From: Candidatus Limnocylindria bacterium
GTDB lineage: Bacteria; Chloroflexota; Limnocylindria; P2-11E
Assembly (NCBI GenBank): GCA_036003765.1
Contig: DASYSC010000012.1
Coordinates: forward strand, 4,787-68,786
Direction: 5' to 3'
Length of the DNA: 64,000 nucleotides
This document shows positions 54,845 to 64,000 of this stretch, piece by piece; position 1 is the first letter of the stretch, and each line of letters begins with the position of its first letter. Both the position numbers and the translations under genes were made by a program. The notes beneath the pieces are model-generated. The model ran no database searches, was not told the DNA's origin, and saw only the letters and a program-made list of their open reading frames with translations.

Positions 54845-55035
54845 CGCGCGTCCTCCGCCGGAGAGAGTGAGGGGTAGCAGTGGCGAGCCCCTGCAATGGA
54901 ATGGGGTCGGAGGGGCAAGCCCCTGCGATTGATTGGTCAGACCACGACTGAACCTGAGGGCAGGGCGGGAGGTACCCAGATAGACTCCGCCACCATGCGC
55001 TAGGGAGGTGTGTGACTTAAGTGGAGAGTCCTTAC

Positions 55036-56787
55036 ATGCGTAGAGGGTTCGCCCTCGCTGTCACCGCGGCCATGGCATTAGCAGCCTGCACCCAGCCAGG
55101 AGCGTCGCCGAGTGCGGCACCGAGCGCGAGCGCGGCGCCTGTCGCGCAACGCGGTGCCGGCGGCGAGCTCAAGATCCTGTACTGGCAGGCACCGACGATC
55201 CTCAACGCGCACCAGGCGACCGGCACAAAAGACAACGACGCCTCACGACTCGTCCTCGAGCCGATGGCGTCGTGGGACAAGAACGGCCAGGCCCTCGCGA
55301 ACGGCCTCGCGGCCGAGATCCCGACCGTCGCGAACGGCGGAGTGGCCAAGGACTTCACCAGCGTGACCTGGAAGCTCCGCTCCGGCGTGAAGTGGTCTGA
55401 CGGCACGCCCTTCACCGCGGATGACGTGGTGGGCACGTACACGTACATGTGCGACGAGAAGTCCGCGACTTCGTCGTTCGACTCGTGCGAAGGCGTGAAG
55501 AGCGTCGTGGCGAAGGACCCAACGACCGCGGTCGTGACCTACGCGCAGTCGCAGCCCTTCTACTTCCAGTGGGGTGTCGGCTTCAACACGCCGATCCTCC
55601 AGAAGGCGCAGTACGCGAACTGCCTCGGCGTCAAGGCGAAGGACTGCCCGGCGGACCTCAAGCCCATCGGCACCGGTCCGTACAAGATCAACACGTTCAA
55701 GCCCGGCGACGTCGTGCAGTACGACCTGAACGAGAACTTCCGCGACCCGAACAAGCCGTTCTTCAAGACCGTCACCTTCAAAGGCGGCGGCGACGCGGCC
55801 TCGGCCGCGCGCGCGGTCTTCCAGACGGGCGACGTCGACTACGCCTGGAACCTCCAGGTCGAGGCGAGCGTGCTCAAGCCGATGGCCGCAAGCAGCACCA
55901 CCGGGCGGCTCTTGACGGCGTACGGCTCGAGCGTCGAGCGGCTCCTCGTCAACTTCTCGAACCCCGACGCCTCACTCGGCGACAAGCGCGGCGAGCCCGA
56001 CACCAAGCACCCGTTCTTCACAGACATACACGTGCGCCGCGCGCTCGCGATGGCGACCGACCGCGCGTCGGTCGCGGCGCAGCTCTACGGTGACGGTCTC
56101 ACCGGCAAGGCATCCTGCAACATCCTTACGGCGCCTCCGGCCATGGACTCACCGAACACGGCGAGCCTGGATGTCTGCAAGTTCAGCATCGACGCGGCGA
56201 ACAAGGAGCTCGACGATGCCGGTTGGGTGAAGGGCTCCGATGGAATCCGTGCCAAAGGCGGCGTCAAGCTCAAGATCCTGTACCAGACGACCGTGAACAG
56301 CGTGCGGCAGAGCACGCAGGCGATCATGAAGTCCAACTGGGAGAAGGTCGGCTTCTCGGTCGAGCTGAAGTCGGTGCCTGCGAGCACCTTCTTCACCAAC
56401 ACCTCACCGGACGGCGCGAACCACTTCTGGGCGGACGTCGAGATGTACACCAACAGCGGTGACCCAGACCCGACGGGCTACTTCCGTTCGAGCTGGGCCT
56501 GCAAGAACGCCACCGGCAAGGCGAACAACTGGAACCTCGGCAACTACAACCGCTACTGCAACCCCGACCTCGACAAGGTCTTGGACCAGCTCCTAGTCGA
56601 GGTCGACCCGGCCAAGCGCGCCCAGCTGGCGATCCAGGCGAACGACATCCTCATCAAGGACGTCGTGATCATCCCGCTCATCAACCGTGTCGCACCGACA
56701 CCCGACGGCGTGTCCAAGGCCCTCAAGGGGATCGACACTTCCCCATGGGACTCGGTGATGTACAACATCGCCGATTGGTCCAAGTAG
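55036..56787 (+). CDS. ABC transporter substrate-binding lipoprotein, peptide/nickel (family 5) type
   Basis: MRRGFALAVTAAMALAAC lipobox. Family-5 SBP blocks (WKLR.GVKWSDGTPFTADDV, GTGPYK...PGD). GGAGAG lies 8 nt before ATG 55036. The track start is GTG 55021. Confidence 0.85.
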   Translation: MRRGFALAVTAAMALAACTQPGASPSAAPSASAAPVAQRGAGGELKILYWQAPTILNAHQATGTKDNDASRLVLEPMASWDKNGQALANGLAAEIPTVANGGVAKDFTSVTWKLRSGVKWSDGTPFTADDVVGTYTYMCDEKSATSSFDSCEGVKSVVAKDPTTAVVTYAQSQPFYFQWGVGFNTPILQKAQYANCLGVKAKDCPADLKPIGTGPYKINTFKPGDVVQYDLNENFRDPNKPFFKTVTFKGGGDAASAARAVFQTGDVDYAWNLQVEASVLKPMAASSTTGRLLTAYGSSVERLLVNFSNPDASLGDKRGEPDTKHPFFTDIHVRRALAMATDRASVAAQLYGDGLTGKASCNILTAPPAMDSPNTASLDVCKFSIDAANKELDDAGWVKGSDGIRAKGGVKLKILYQTTVNSVRQSTQAIMKSNWEKVGFSVELKSVPASTFFTNTSPDGANHFWADVEMYTNSGDPDPTGYFRSSWACKNATGKANNWNLGNYNRYCNPDLDKVLDQLLVEVDPAKRAQLAIQANDILIKDVVIIPLINRVAPTPDGVSKALKGIDTSPWDSVMYNIADWSK

Positions 56788-56803
56788 TAACGAGTGGTGC
56801 TAC

Positions 56804-56836
56804 GGTAGTGCGGTGGACGACCTCCACCGCACTACC
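56804..56836 (+). promoter_or_regulatory. perfect 14-bp stem-loop between the SBP and permease genes
   Basis: GGTAGTGCGGTGGA-cgacc-TCCACCGCACTACC, with no U-tract. Its position matches the intercistronic mRNA-stabilising hairpins known from binding-protein operons. Confidence 0.6.
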
Positions 56837-56868
56837 CGCACCGAGTAGGTGAAGGTGAGGGACTAGGG

Positions 56869-57828
56869 CTGGGTCGCTACATCGCGCGTCGTCTACTCAT
56901 CGCGGTCCCGACGCTGATCGTCATCAGCTTCGTGATCTACGCGATCCTCGCGCTCGCTCCGATCGATCCGCTCTCCCAGTTCGGCGCCGACCCGCGGGTC
57001 CCGGCGGAGGTCCGCGAGCGCATTCGCGAGAGCCTGGGCCTCAATCAGCCCTGGCCGATCCGCTACGTCAAATGGATGACTTCGATGTTCCGCGGCGACT
57101 TCGGCGTCTCGTTCATGAGCCACTCCCAGGTACGCGATCTCATCGCGCAGCGCCTCCCGAACACGCTCGCCGTCGTTGGCGTCGCGTACGTCCTCGGCGT
57201 CCTGATGGGTATCCCCGTCGGGATGATCTCGGCGATCAAGCGCTACTCGATCTTCGACCACGCCGCGACGACGGTCGCGTTCATGGGATTCTCGGTGCCG
57301 ACCTTCTTCACCGGCCTTCTCCTCATCATCATCTTCGGCATCAAGCTCCGCTGGTTCCCGTTCATCTACAGCTCCACGACTCAGGTGCACGACCTGGACA
57401 GCCTGGTTTTCCAGATCAGGCAGTCGATCATGCCGATCACGGTCCTTGCGTTCTTCAACGTCGCGACCATCGCGCGGTACGTGCGCTCGGAGATGCTCGA
57501 GCACCTTCCGCTTGACTACGTGCGAACGGCGCGCGGCAAGGGACTCATGGAGCGGTTCGTCGTGCTTCGCCACGTCCTTCGGAACAGCCTCATCCCGGTG
57601 GTGACCCTCGTCGCGCTGGGCGTCCCGACGGTGTTCGGCGGGGCGATCGTGACCGAGCAGATCTTTCGCGTGCCCGGCATCGGTGAGCTTCTCGTGACGT
57701 CCATCTCGAACGGGGACATCCCCGTCGTTGCGACGGTGGTGTTCATCTTCGCGGTCCTCGTCGTGACCTTCAATCTTCTGGCGGATCTCCTCTATGCCGT
57801 GCTCGATCCGCGTATCCGGTACACATAA
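56869..57828 (+). CDS. ABC transporter permease (DppB/OppB-like); probable CTG start
   Basis: LGRYIARRLLIAVPTLIVISFVIYAILALAPIDP is the canonical DppB N-terminus and first TM. The first ATG/GTG/TTG (56932) would cut that helix. The ORF opens after TAG 56806, and CTG 56869 is the only near-cognate start with an SD (GGTGAGGGA, 56854-56862). Confidence 0.8.
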   Translation: MGRYIARRLLIAVPTLIVISFVIYAILALAPIDPLSQFGADPRVPAEVRERIRESLGLNQPWPIRYVKWMTSMFRGDFGVSFMSHSQVRDLIAQRLPNTLAVVGVAYVLGVLMGIPVGMISAIKRYSIFDHAATTVAFMGFSVPTFFTGLLLIIIFGIKLRWFPFIYSSTTQVHDLDSLVFQIRQSIMPITVLAFFNVATIARYVRSEMLEHLPLDYVRTARGKGLMERFVVLRHVLRNSLIPVVTLVALGVPTVFGGAIVTEQIFRVPGIGELLVTSISNGDIPVVATVVFIFAVLVVTFNLLADLLYAVLDPRIRYT

Positions 57829-58757
57829 TGGCGACGACCCAGGCCCGCCTCACCACCGCCGCGGTCAAGGCCGACATGCTGCGGCCTCCGCGGTCCCTGT
57901 GGACCGACGCCTGGTACCAGTTCAGGCGTCACAAGCTCGCCATGGGCGGATTAGCGGTGCTCTCGTTCCTGATCCTCGCGACCCTGGTCGGGCCGTATCT
58001 CTGGCACACCCGGATCGACGCCCTCGACTACTCGATCTCGCTGCAGGGTCCGTCCAGCGACCACCCGTTCGGGACGGACGACCTCGGGCGGGACCTCTTC
58101 GCGCGCGCTCTCTGGGGAGGCCGAGTCTCGATCGCGGTCGGCCTCTCCGCGGTCTTCATCGCGATAACGCTCGGAACGCTCGTCGGTGCGCTCGCCGGCT
58201 ACTTCAACAAGCTGGACAACCCGCTGATGCGGCTCACCGATCTCTTCCTGTCGCTGCCGATCCTGCCGTTGCTGCTCATCGTCATCTATCTCTTCCGCGA
58301 CGTTCTGCGGGCGGCCTTCGGCCCTGAGGTGGGGATCTTCATCATGATCGTCACGGTCATCGGTGTGCTGGAATGGATGCCCGTCGCCCGGCTCGTTCGC
58401 GCCCAGTTCCTGTCGCTCAAGAACAAGGAGTTCGTCGAGGCCGCGCGCGCGATCGGTGACCCCGACTCGGCGATCATCTGGCGGCACATCCTGCCCAACA
58501 CGCTCTCGCCGGTCCTCGTCGCGGCGACCATCGGGGTCGGCGGCGCGATCCTCACGGAGTCGACGCTGTCGTTCCTCGGTCTGGGATTCCCGCCCGACGT
58601 CCCGACCTGGGGCCGGCTGCTCTACGACGCCCAGAACTTCATCGAGATCGCGTCGTACTGGGTCTTCTTCCCGGGGTTCCTGATCTTCATTACGGTCCTG
58701 TCGATCAACTACATCGGCGACGGCCTCCGCGACGCCCTCGACCCCCGCAAGACATAG
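57828..58757 (+). CDS. ABC transporter permease (DppC/OppC-like)
   Basis: N-terminal FRRHKLAMGGLAVLSFLIL, HPFGTDDLGRDLFAR, EAA-type loop EFVEAARAIGDPDSAIIWRHILPN. The start overlaps the upstream stop. Confidence 0.85.
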   Translation: MATTQARLTTAAVKADMLRPPRSLWTDAWYQFRRHKLAMGGLAVLSFLILATLVGPYLWHTRIDALDYSISLQGPSSDHPFGTDDLGRDLFARALWGGRVSIAVGLSAVFIAITLGTLVGALAGYFNKLDNPLMRLTDLFLSLPILPLLLIVIYLFRDVLRAAFGPEVGIFIMIVTVIGVLEWMPVARLVRAQFLSLKNKEFVEAARAIGDPDSAIIWRHILPNTLSPVLVAATIGVGGAILTESTLSFLGLGFPPDVPTWGRLLYDAQNFIEIASYWVFFPGFLIFITVLSINYIGDGLRDALDPRKT

Positions 58758-58765
58758 CAACAAAA

Positions 58766-59326
58766 CTGGGCGCGAGGCTTCCCCGATCCTTCTACGCGCG
58801 GCCGACGGCGCACGTCGCGCGCGATCTCCTCGGAAAGGTGCTCGTCTACGATGGGCCCGCGGGAAGGCGCGCCGTGCGGCTCGTCGAAGTCGAGGCCTAC
58901 CTCGGAGCGAGCGATCCCGCGTCGCACGCATATCGGGGGCCGACCGCGCGCACCGCGCCGATGTTCGGCCCGCCCGGAAGGAGCTACGTGTACTTCGTCT
59001 ATGGCATGTACTACTGCCTGAACGTGGTCGCCTCGCGTTCGGGCGTTGCGGGCGCTGTGCTCCTGCGCGGTGCGGAGCCGGTCCAGGGTGTCGGCGACGA
59101 TCCTCGCGCCCTCGCCGGTCCGGGAAAGCTGGCGCGCGCGCTCGGTCTCACGACCGCGCAGACGAACCTTGACCTCGTCCGGTCCGCGCTTTCCATCCGC
59201 GACGCGCCGCCGGTCCCGGCGGCGCGCGTTGTGCGCTCGGCACGCATCGGGCTGAACCAGCACGCCACGACGCACGAACCGTGGCGCTTCTACGTCCGCG
59301 GCTCTTTCGGGGTCTCCCGGCCATGA
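58766..59326 (+). CDS. mpg: DNA-3-methyladenine glycosylase (Mpg/AAG family)
   Basis: LPRSFYARPTAHVARDLLGKVLV...VEVEAYLG..DPASHAYRG.T.RTAPMFGPPG..YVYF.YGMYYCLNVV. The conserved N-terminus precedes the first canonical start (GTG 58838). Candidates are CTG 58766, or ATA 58754 overlapping the upstream TAG. Confidence 0.8.
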   Translation: MGARLPRSFYARPTAHVARDLLGKVLVYDGPAGRRAVRLVEVEAYLGASDPASHAYRGPTARTAPMFGPPGRSYVYFVYGMYYCLNVVASRSGVAGAVLLRGAEPVQGVGDDPRALAGPGKLARALGLTTAQTNLDLVRSALSIRDAPPVPAARVVRSARIGLNQHATTHEPWRFYVRGSFGVSRP

Positions 59327-61638
59327 ACGAGGGCGCGCTCGCGCGTCTCGAGCTTCCCGCGATCCGCGCCCTCCTCGCCGAGCGCACGGCGTTCGCGCCG
59401 GGGAGCGAGCTCGCCCAGGCACTCGCGCCGACGAGCGATCTGCGCGAGGCCGAGCGTCTCCAGGACGAGACGGCGGCCGCCCGCGATCTTCTCCGGACAA
59501 GCCCATCCAGCGGCCTCCGCAGCGCGCGCGACATCCGGGATGCGCTGCGGCGCGCGCGCCTTGGTGGAACGCTTGATCCCGAGCAGCTCGTCGCGGTCGC
59601 CGACACCGTGCGCGCGGCGGAGCATCTGTTCGCCGACGTCCGGCCGTACCCACCGCTCGCCGCGCGCGCGCGCTTCGCCCGGCCACCGTCTGACGTCGCC
59701 GGCGCGATCGAGAACGCCATCGGCGCGACCGGCGAGGTCCTTGACCGCGCCAGCGTGCGGCTCGGTTCGCTCCGCGCCGACCTGCGCGCCGCGCAGGCGC
59801 GGCTCCAGCAGCGACTCGACGGACTGGTCCGTTCTCCCGACCTCGCGCGGCTGCTTCAGGACCCGATCGTCACTCAGCGCGCCGGGCGCTATGTCGTGCC
59901 GGTCAAGGCCGAGCACCGCGGCGCGGTGAAGGGGATCGTGCACGACCAGTCCGCGAGCGGGGCGACGGTCTTCATCGAGCCGCTCGAGATCATGGAGGCG
60001 AACAACGTCCTCCGGGAGGCCGAGCTTGCCGAACGCGCCGAGGTGCAGCGCGTCTTGGACGAGCTCTCGCGCCGGGTCGAGCGCGCAGCCGAGGATCTGG
60101 ACGCGGTGATCGTCGCGCTCGCCGCACTCGATCTGGCCCTGGCGAAAGGGCTGTACGCGGACGCGCTCGAGGCGAGCCGTCCGGTGTTGAACGCCGAGGG
60201 GATCCTCGATCTCGTGGACGCGCGCCACCCGCTGCTGATCGAGCAGGGGAGTGTTGTCGGGATCGACGTACGTTTGGGCGGCGAGTTCCGCGTGCTCGTG
60301 ATCACCGGCCCGAACACCGGCGGGAAGACGGTGACGCTCAAGACCATCGGGCTGCTCACGGCCATGGCCGCGTGCGGTCTCGCGATCCCGGCGGCGTCGA
60401 ACAGCCGCGTGCCGGTGTTGCGACGCATCTTCGCGGACATCGGGGACGAGCAATCCATCGCGCAGTCGCTCTCGACGTTCTCGTCGCATCTTCGCAATGT
60501 CGTCGCCACCCTTGCGGAGGCGGAGCGAAGCGACCTCGCGCTGCTGGACGAGATCGGAGCCGGCACCGATCCGGACGAGGGCGCCGCGCTCGCGATGGCC
60601 GTGCTCGAGACGCTGCTCGAACGTGGTGTGCTCGTCGCGGCGACGACGCACTACCCCGAGCTGAAAGCGTTCGCCCTCAACACGCCGGGCGTGCGCAACG
60701 CGAGCATGGAGTTCGACTCCGATACCCTCCGCCCGACGTTCCGTCTTCACGTGGGGCTCCCCGGCGCCTCGAACGCCTTCGCCATCGCGGAGCGTCTGGG
60801 CCTCGAGCGGAGCGTTCTCGCACGCGCGGACACGCATCTGGGCGAACTCCACCGCTCGCTCGAGCGAACCTTGCGCGAAGCCGAGCGCCAGCGCACCGAG
60901 CTCGCCGCGGCGCTCGAGGAGGCGCGCGTCGCCGCCGCCGACGCGTCGCACGCCACGTCCGACGCGGAGCGCGAGGCCGAGCGGCTGCGCGACGAGGCAC
61001 AGCGCGCGCTCCGGCGCGCCCGCGCCGAGGCCGACGAGCTCCTTCTGCAAGCACGCCGTGCGCTGCGCCAGGCCGAAGAGGCGCAGGATCGCGCCGCCAA
61101 ACGCAACCTCGTAGAGGAGGCGCGTGCTGCACTCGCCGAGGCGGAGTCCGCCCGCGCGGCGTCCTCGGCGCCGAGTCCGGCGCCGCCGGCGTCAGTCCCG
61201 ATCGCGATCGGCGCGCCGGTCCTGGTCGAGGGCGTCGCGGAGCCCGGAACGCTCCTCGCGATCGACGACCGGGGTCTCGCGGACGTCGCTGCCGGTCCCT
61301 TACGCCTACGCGTCCCGGCCGCACAGCTGCGGCCAGCGCCCCAGGCGGACGCGCCGCTGCGGTCCGAGCGAGCGGTGGTCCGCGGTTCGGCACCGAGCGT
61401 GCCGCTGCAGCTCGATCTTCGCGGCGCGCGAGCTGACGAGGCGCTCGCCGTTCTCGACCGCTACCTGAATGACGCGGCGGTCGCGGGCATCGAGCGCTTG
61501 CGGATCGTCCACGGAAAGGGCACGGGAGCGCTGCGCACCGCGATCCGAGCGGCGCTTGCGGAGCATCCGCTGGTGCGCGCGCACGAGCCCGCGGCGCAAT
61601 CCGAGGGCGGAGACGGGGCCACGATCGTTCGGCTCTAA
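59323..61638 (+). CDS. mutS2: endonuclease MutS2 (MutS domain plus C-terminal Smr)
   Basis: Walker A ITGPNTGGKTVTLKT, DEIGAGTDP, long coiled-coil, Smr domain LDLRGARADEAL..L..YL..A......RIVHGKGTGALR. ATGA overlap with mpg. Confidence 0.9.
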   Translation: MNEGALARLELPAIRALLAERTAFAPGSELAQALAPTSDLREAERLQDETAAARDLLRTSPSSGLRSARDIRDALRRARLGGTLDPEQLVAVADTVRAAEHLFADVRPYPPLAARARFARPPSDVAGAIENAIGATGEVLDRASVRLGSLRADLRAAQARLQQRLDGLVRSPDLARLLQDPIVTQRAGRYVVPVKAEHRGAVKGIVHDQSASGATVFIEPLEIMEANNVLREAELAERAEVQRVLDELSRRVERAAEDLDAVIVALAALDLALAKGLYADALEASRPVLNAEGILDLVDARHPLLIEQGSVVGIDVRLGGEFRVLVITGPNTGGKTVTLKTIGLLTAMAACGLAIPAASNSRVPVLRRIFADIGDEQSIAQSLSTFSSHLRNVVATLAEAERSDLALLDEIGAGTDPDEGAALAMAVLETLLERGVLVAATTHYPELKAFALNTPGVRNASMEFDSDTLRPTFRLHVGLPGASNAFAIAERLGLERSVLARADTHLGELHRSLERTLREAERQRTELAAALEEARVAAADASHATSDAEREAERLRDEAQRALRRARAEADELLLQARRALRQAEEAQDRAAKRNLVEEARAALAEAESARAASSAPSPAPPASVPIAIGAPVLVEGVAEPGTLLAIDDRGLADVAAGPLRLRVPAAQLRPAPQADAPLRSERAVVRGSAPSVPLQLDLRGARADEALAVLDRYLNDAAVAGIERLRIVHGKGTGALRTAIRAALAEHPLVRAHEPAAQSEGGDGATIVRL

Positions 61639-61653
61639 GACCGGACAGGGGCG

Positions 61654-62112
61654 CTAGAACAGCCTGCGCATCTCCACTCCGACTCGTGCGAGCTCGCGAA
61701 GGACCGCGTCAGCGCCGCGCTCGATGAGGCCGAGGTCGGCGAGCTCGGCGGCGAGGCTCGGGTGCGCATCGATCTGGTCAGGAATCTCCCAGCGGATCGG
61801 GCTGTCGGCCTCGGGCCGTGGCTTCCCGTCGACCTCTCCCGCGCGGAACATGTGGACGAGGAAATGGAAGGTCCCGGCGGGCACGCTCCGCACTTCGTAC
61901 AGGGCTACGGGCCGTAGATCGGCGGCGCGGTAGCCGGTTTCCTCGAGGAGCTCGCGCCGTGCGGCGTCCTCGACGCGCTCGTTGCGCTCGACGTTTCCTC
62001 CCGGCAAGAGCCACGCACCGGCGAACGGCCCCCTCTTCTGCTTGACCACGAGGATCCGGCCGATGTCGTCGAGGCAGGCGACGATCGCACTGACGGCCGG
62101 GCCGTCGGTCAC
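61654..62112 (-). CDS. Nudix hydrolase
   Basis: Nudix box GGNVERNERVEDAARRELLEETG. Confidence 0.85.
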   Translation of the reverse strand: MTDGPAVSAIVACLDDIGRILVVKQKRGPFAGAWLLPGGNVERNERVEDAARRELLEETGYRAADLRPVALYEVRSVPAGTFHFLVHMFRAGEVDGKPRPEADSPIRWEIPDQIDAHPSLAAELADLGLIERGADAVLRELARVGVEMRRLF

Positions 62113-62116
62113 GCGG

Positions 62117-64000
62117 CTAGGGCTCGCGGGTTCGGAGGGGCGTTGGGGTCGGCGAACCGAAAAAGCCCGGAGGCGGCGTGAACCGGATGGTGGGCCGCGG
62201 TGTCGGCGACGGGGTGGGGCAGGGATCCGGGCTCACCAGGTTCCAGGTGTAGCGGCCATAGGTGTGCCGACCGGTGATCGCGTCACGGATCCACTGGTCC
62301 GTGTAGCGCTGGAACGCGGCCGGCGCGCGGGTGTCCTGGATCTTCATCGCGACCTTGCGCGTGCCGTCCGGCGCCTGGCATCCGGCGACGAACCAGTCGT
62401 CGGTCCTCGTCGGCTCCGTCCCCTTGATGAACCATTCGGTCGTCGAAAACGGCGTGAGGCTCGAGGGCAGAAGTCCTGAGCCATACCCGCCGAACGCACC
62501 CGGCGCGGACACGACCGTCCCGTTCACGACATTGGACGGACGTTGCCAGTCGGACGCTGGCGTGTCCGCGAGCGCTTCCTTCATGTAGTCGCGCCACAGC
62601 TGTCCAGGCCCCATGGCGCTGTTGAAGTCGCGCGAGCTCATCGGGTCGCCGTTCGAGTTTCCCATCCACACCCCTGTGACCAGCGAGGGCACGTAACCGA
62701 CCGAGTACACGTCCTTCAGGTTGTCGGTCGTGCCCGTCTTCAGGGCCGCGACCCGCCCGATGTTCGTCCATTGGCCGAAGATGAAGTTGCGCGACGGCTG
62801 GGTCGTGTCCTTGAGGATGTCGGTCATGATCCAGGCGATCCCCTGGTCGAGCACGCGCTTGGACTCGTAGTCCTTGTGCTCCCAGACGACCTTCCCGCGC
62901 GCATCCTCGACCTTGAGGATGTACGTCGGCGCGTTCCGAACGCCCATATTCGCAAGCACGCCGTAGGCGCTGGCCATGTCGACGAGGTGCACCTCTCGGG
63001 CTCCCAGCGTCAGCGAGAGTCCGACCTTCGCCGGATCGATCTCCGTCGTGATGCCCAGCTCATGCGCCGTTTGGATGGTGTCCTCAATCCCCGAGTACTC
63101 CGCCAGGAACCGGACAGCCGGCACGTTCCGGGATTCGCGGATCGCCTGGCGCATCGTCACCGGGCCGTGGTACTGGAGGTCGGCGTTCTCCGGGCAGTAG
63201 CCGCACGCCGTCGCGCTCATCCGCGTCGGGTCCGCCTTCCCGGTGAAGTCGGTACGCGCGTCGACCACCACCGTCGCCGCGGTCGCGCCCTTCTTGAGCG
63301 CGGTCACGTAGTTGAACATCTTGAATGACGAGCCGGGCTGGCGAAGCCCGATGCCCGCTACGTCGAACTGCCCCTGCACCCGCGGGTCGTCGCGGTTGTT
63401 GTAGTCGACCGATCCGACGTAGGCGAGGACCTCGCCGTTGCGCGGATCGATCGACACGAGCGCCGCGTTCCAGACGTTGCGGCTGTGGAGCTCCTCGACC
63501 CATTCGCGCACCTGGCGCTCGCCGATCTCCTGCTTGGTCAGATCGAGCGTGGTCGTGACGCGGTAACCACCGCGAGTGACGGCCGCTTCGTCGCCACCGA
63601 GGATCTGCGTCAGCTGGTTCCGGACCTGAAAAACGAAGTGCGGCGCTTTGATTGTCGCGACCGGAGGGCCAGCGACCTTGATCGGCACCGCGTTCGCGGC
63701 GTCGGCCTGCTGCTCCGCGATCGCGCCGGTCTCCGTCATCTGGTCGAGCACGTATGCGCGGCGCTCCTTGGCGCGGTCCACGTTCTGGGCCTGGGTCGGG
63801 TCGAGGACCGAGGGCGCCTGCGGAAGGCCCGCGAGAAGTGCGGCCTCCGCGAGCGTGAGTGTGGTGAGGTCGGTCTTCCCGAAGTACGTTTGCGCAGCGG
63901 CCTTCACCCCATACGCCTGGTTGCCGTAATAGATCTGGTTAAAGTAAAGCTCGAGGATCTGGTGCTTCGAGTAGGTGTTGGTGACCTCGATCGCGAGGAT
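62117..64000 (-). CDS. class A penicillin-binding protein (transglycosylase/transpeptidase), 5' end beyond window
   Basis: The reading frame stays open to position 64000 (ILAIEVTNTYSKHQILELYFNQIYYGNQAYGVKAAAQTYFGK is GT51). Transpeptidase motifs SSFK, SRN and KTGTT. Pro/Thr-rich C-terminal tail. Confidence 0.85.
   Translation of the reverse strand: MLAIEVTNTYSKHQILELYFNQIYYGNQAYGVKAAAQTYFGKTDLTTLTLAEAALLAGLPQAPSVLDPTQAQNVDRAKERRAYVLDQMTETGAIAEQQADAANAVPIKVAGPPVATIKAPHFVFQVRNQLTQILGGDEAAVTRGGYRVTTTLDLTKQEIGERQVREWVEELHSRNVWNAALVSIDPRNGEVLAYVGSVDYNNRDDPRVQGQFDVAGIGLRQPGSSFKMFNYVTALKKGATAATVVVDARTDFTGKADPTRMSATACGYCPENADLQYHGPVTMRQAIRESRNVPAVRFLAEYSGIEDTIQTAHELGITTEIDPAKVGLSLTLGAREVHLVDMASAYGVLANMGVRNAPTYILKVEDARGKVVWEHKDYESKRVLDQGIAWIMTDILKDTTQPSRNFIFGQWTNIGRVAALKTGTTDNLKDVYSVGYVPSLVTGVWMGNSNGDPMSSRDFNSAMGPGQLWRDYMKEALADTPASDWQRPSNVVNGTVVSAPGAFGGYGSGLLPSSLTPFSTTEWFIKGTEPTRTDDWFVAGCQAPDGTRKVAMKIQDTRAPAAFQRYTDQWIRDAITGRHTYGRYTWNLVSPDPCPTPSPTPRPTIRFTPPPGFFGSPTPTPLRTREP

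Noticed and set aside
59290-61050. 586-aa ORF antisense to mutS2
   Set aside because: Shadow frame opposite a gene with a clear Walker A and Smr domain.

Overview
GC-rich bacterial chromosomal segment. Third codon positions are overwhelmingly G/C, so long antisense shadow ORFs occur throughout. I count about 58 protein genes, one tRNA-Val and two T-box leaders, and no rRNA, CRISPR, transposase or integrase. Gene order: (1) 129-5570: phoD, an IMPase and an nfeD-flotillin pair. (2) 5597-12022: an atypical five-gene nuo-like cluster, nuoB, nuoD, a NuoI/NuoE chimera, a NuoF-like gene and a 2Fe2S/GltD/NuoG-like fusion, with no nuoA/C/H/J-N in the window. (3) 12019-15586: a CX5R phosphatase, a chimeric duplication scar, a secreted paralog, a MidA/NDUFAF7-family methyltransferase and tRNA-Val(GAC). 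(4) 15666-23865, minus strand: two orphan OmpR-type response regulators, a large SGNH/FN3/Ig-repeat exoprotein, the second secreted paralog, wecB, a methyltransferase and a priming sugar transferase. (5) 24024-44098: a polysaccharide locus. Its core is a run of 10 genes (26774-37592) with overlapping or abutting stop/start codons: wzz-like, degenerate BY-kinase-like, 50-aa membrane peptide, wzy-like, wzx, GT4, deacetylase, flavin-monooxygenase-like, ATP-grasp, FemAB-like. The locus also holds a GH, GT2, GT39-like, GT4 and an 1180-aa GH5 multidomain enzyme. (6) 44766-46304: bactofilin, a pentapeptide-repeat protein and a 72-bp tandem hairpin repeat. (7) 46322-64000, housekeeping: T-box-thrS, a double GNAT, infC (apparent ATA start)-rpmI-rplT, T-box-pheS-pheT, a peptide-type ABC importer without ATPase genes, mpg, mutS2, a Nudix gene and a class A PBP whose 5' end runs off the window. 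Best candidates for novelty: the membrane-arm-less nuo-like cluster and its inferred ancestral link to midA; a conserved structured element found inside two unrelated operons, with different but still self-complementary outer stems; the 72-bp hairpin array; and the deacetylase/FMO/ATP-grasp/FemAB decoration module. Taxon guess (inference only): a high-GC Terrabacteria-type lineage such as Chloroflexota or relatives. All coordinates and motifs were read by eye from the sequence and ORF track. No database search was run.
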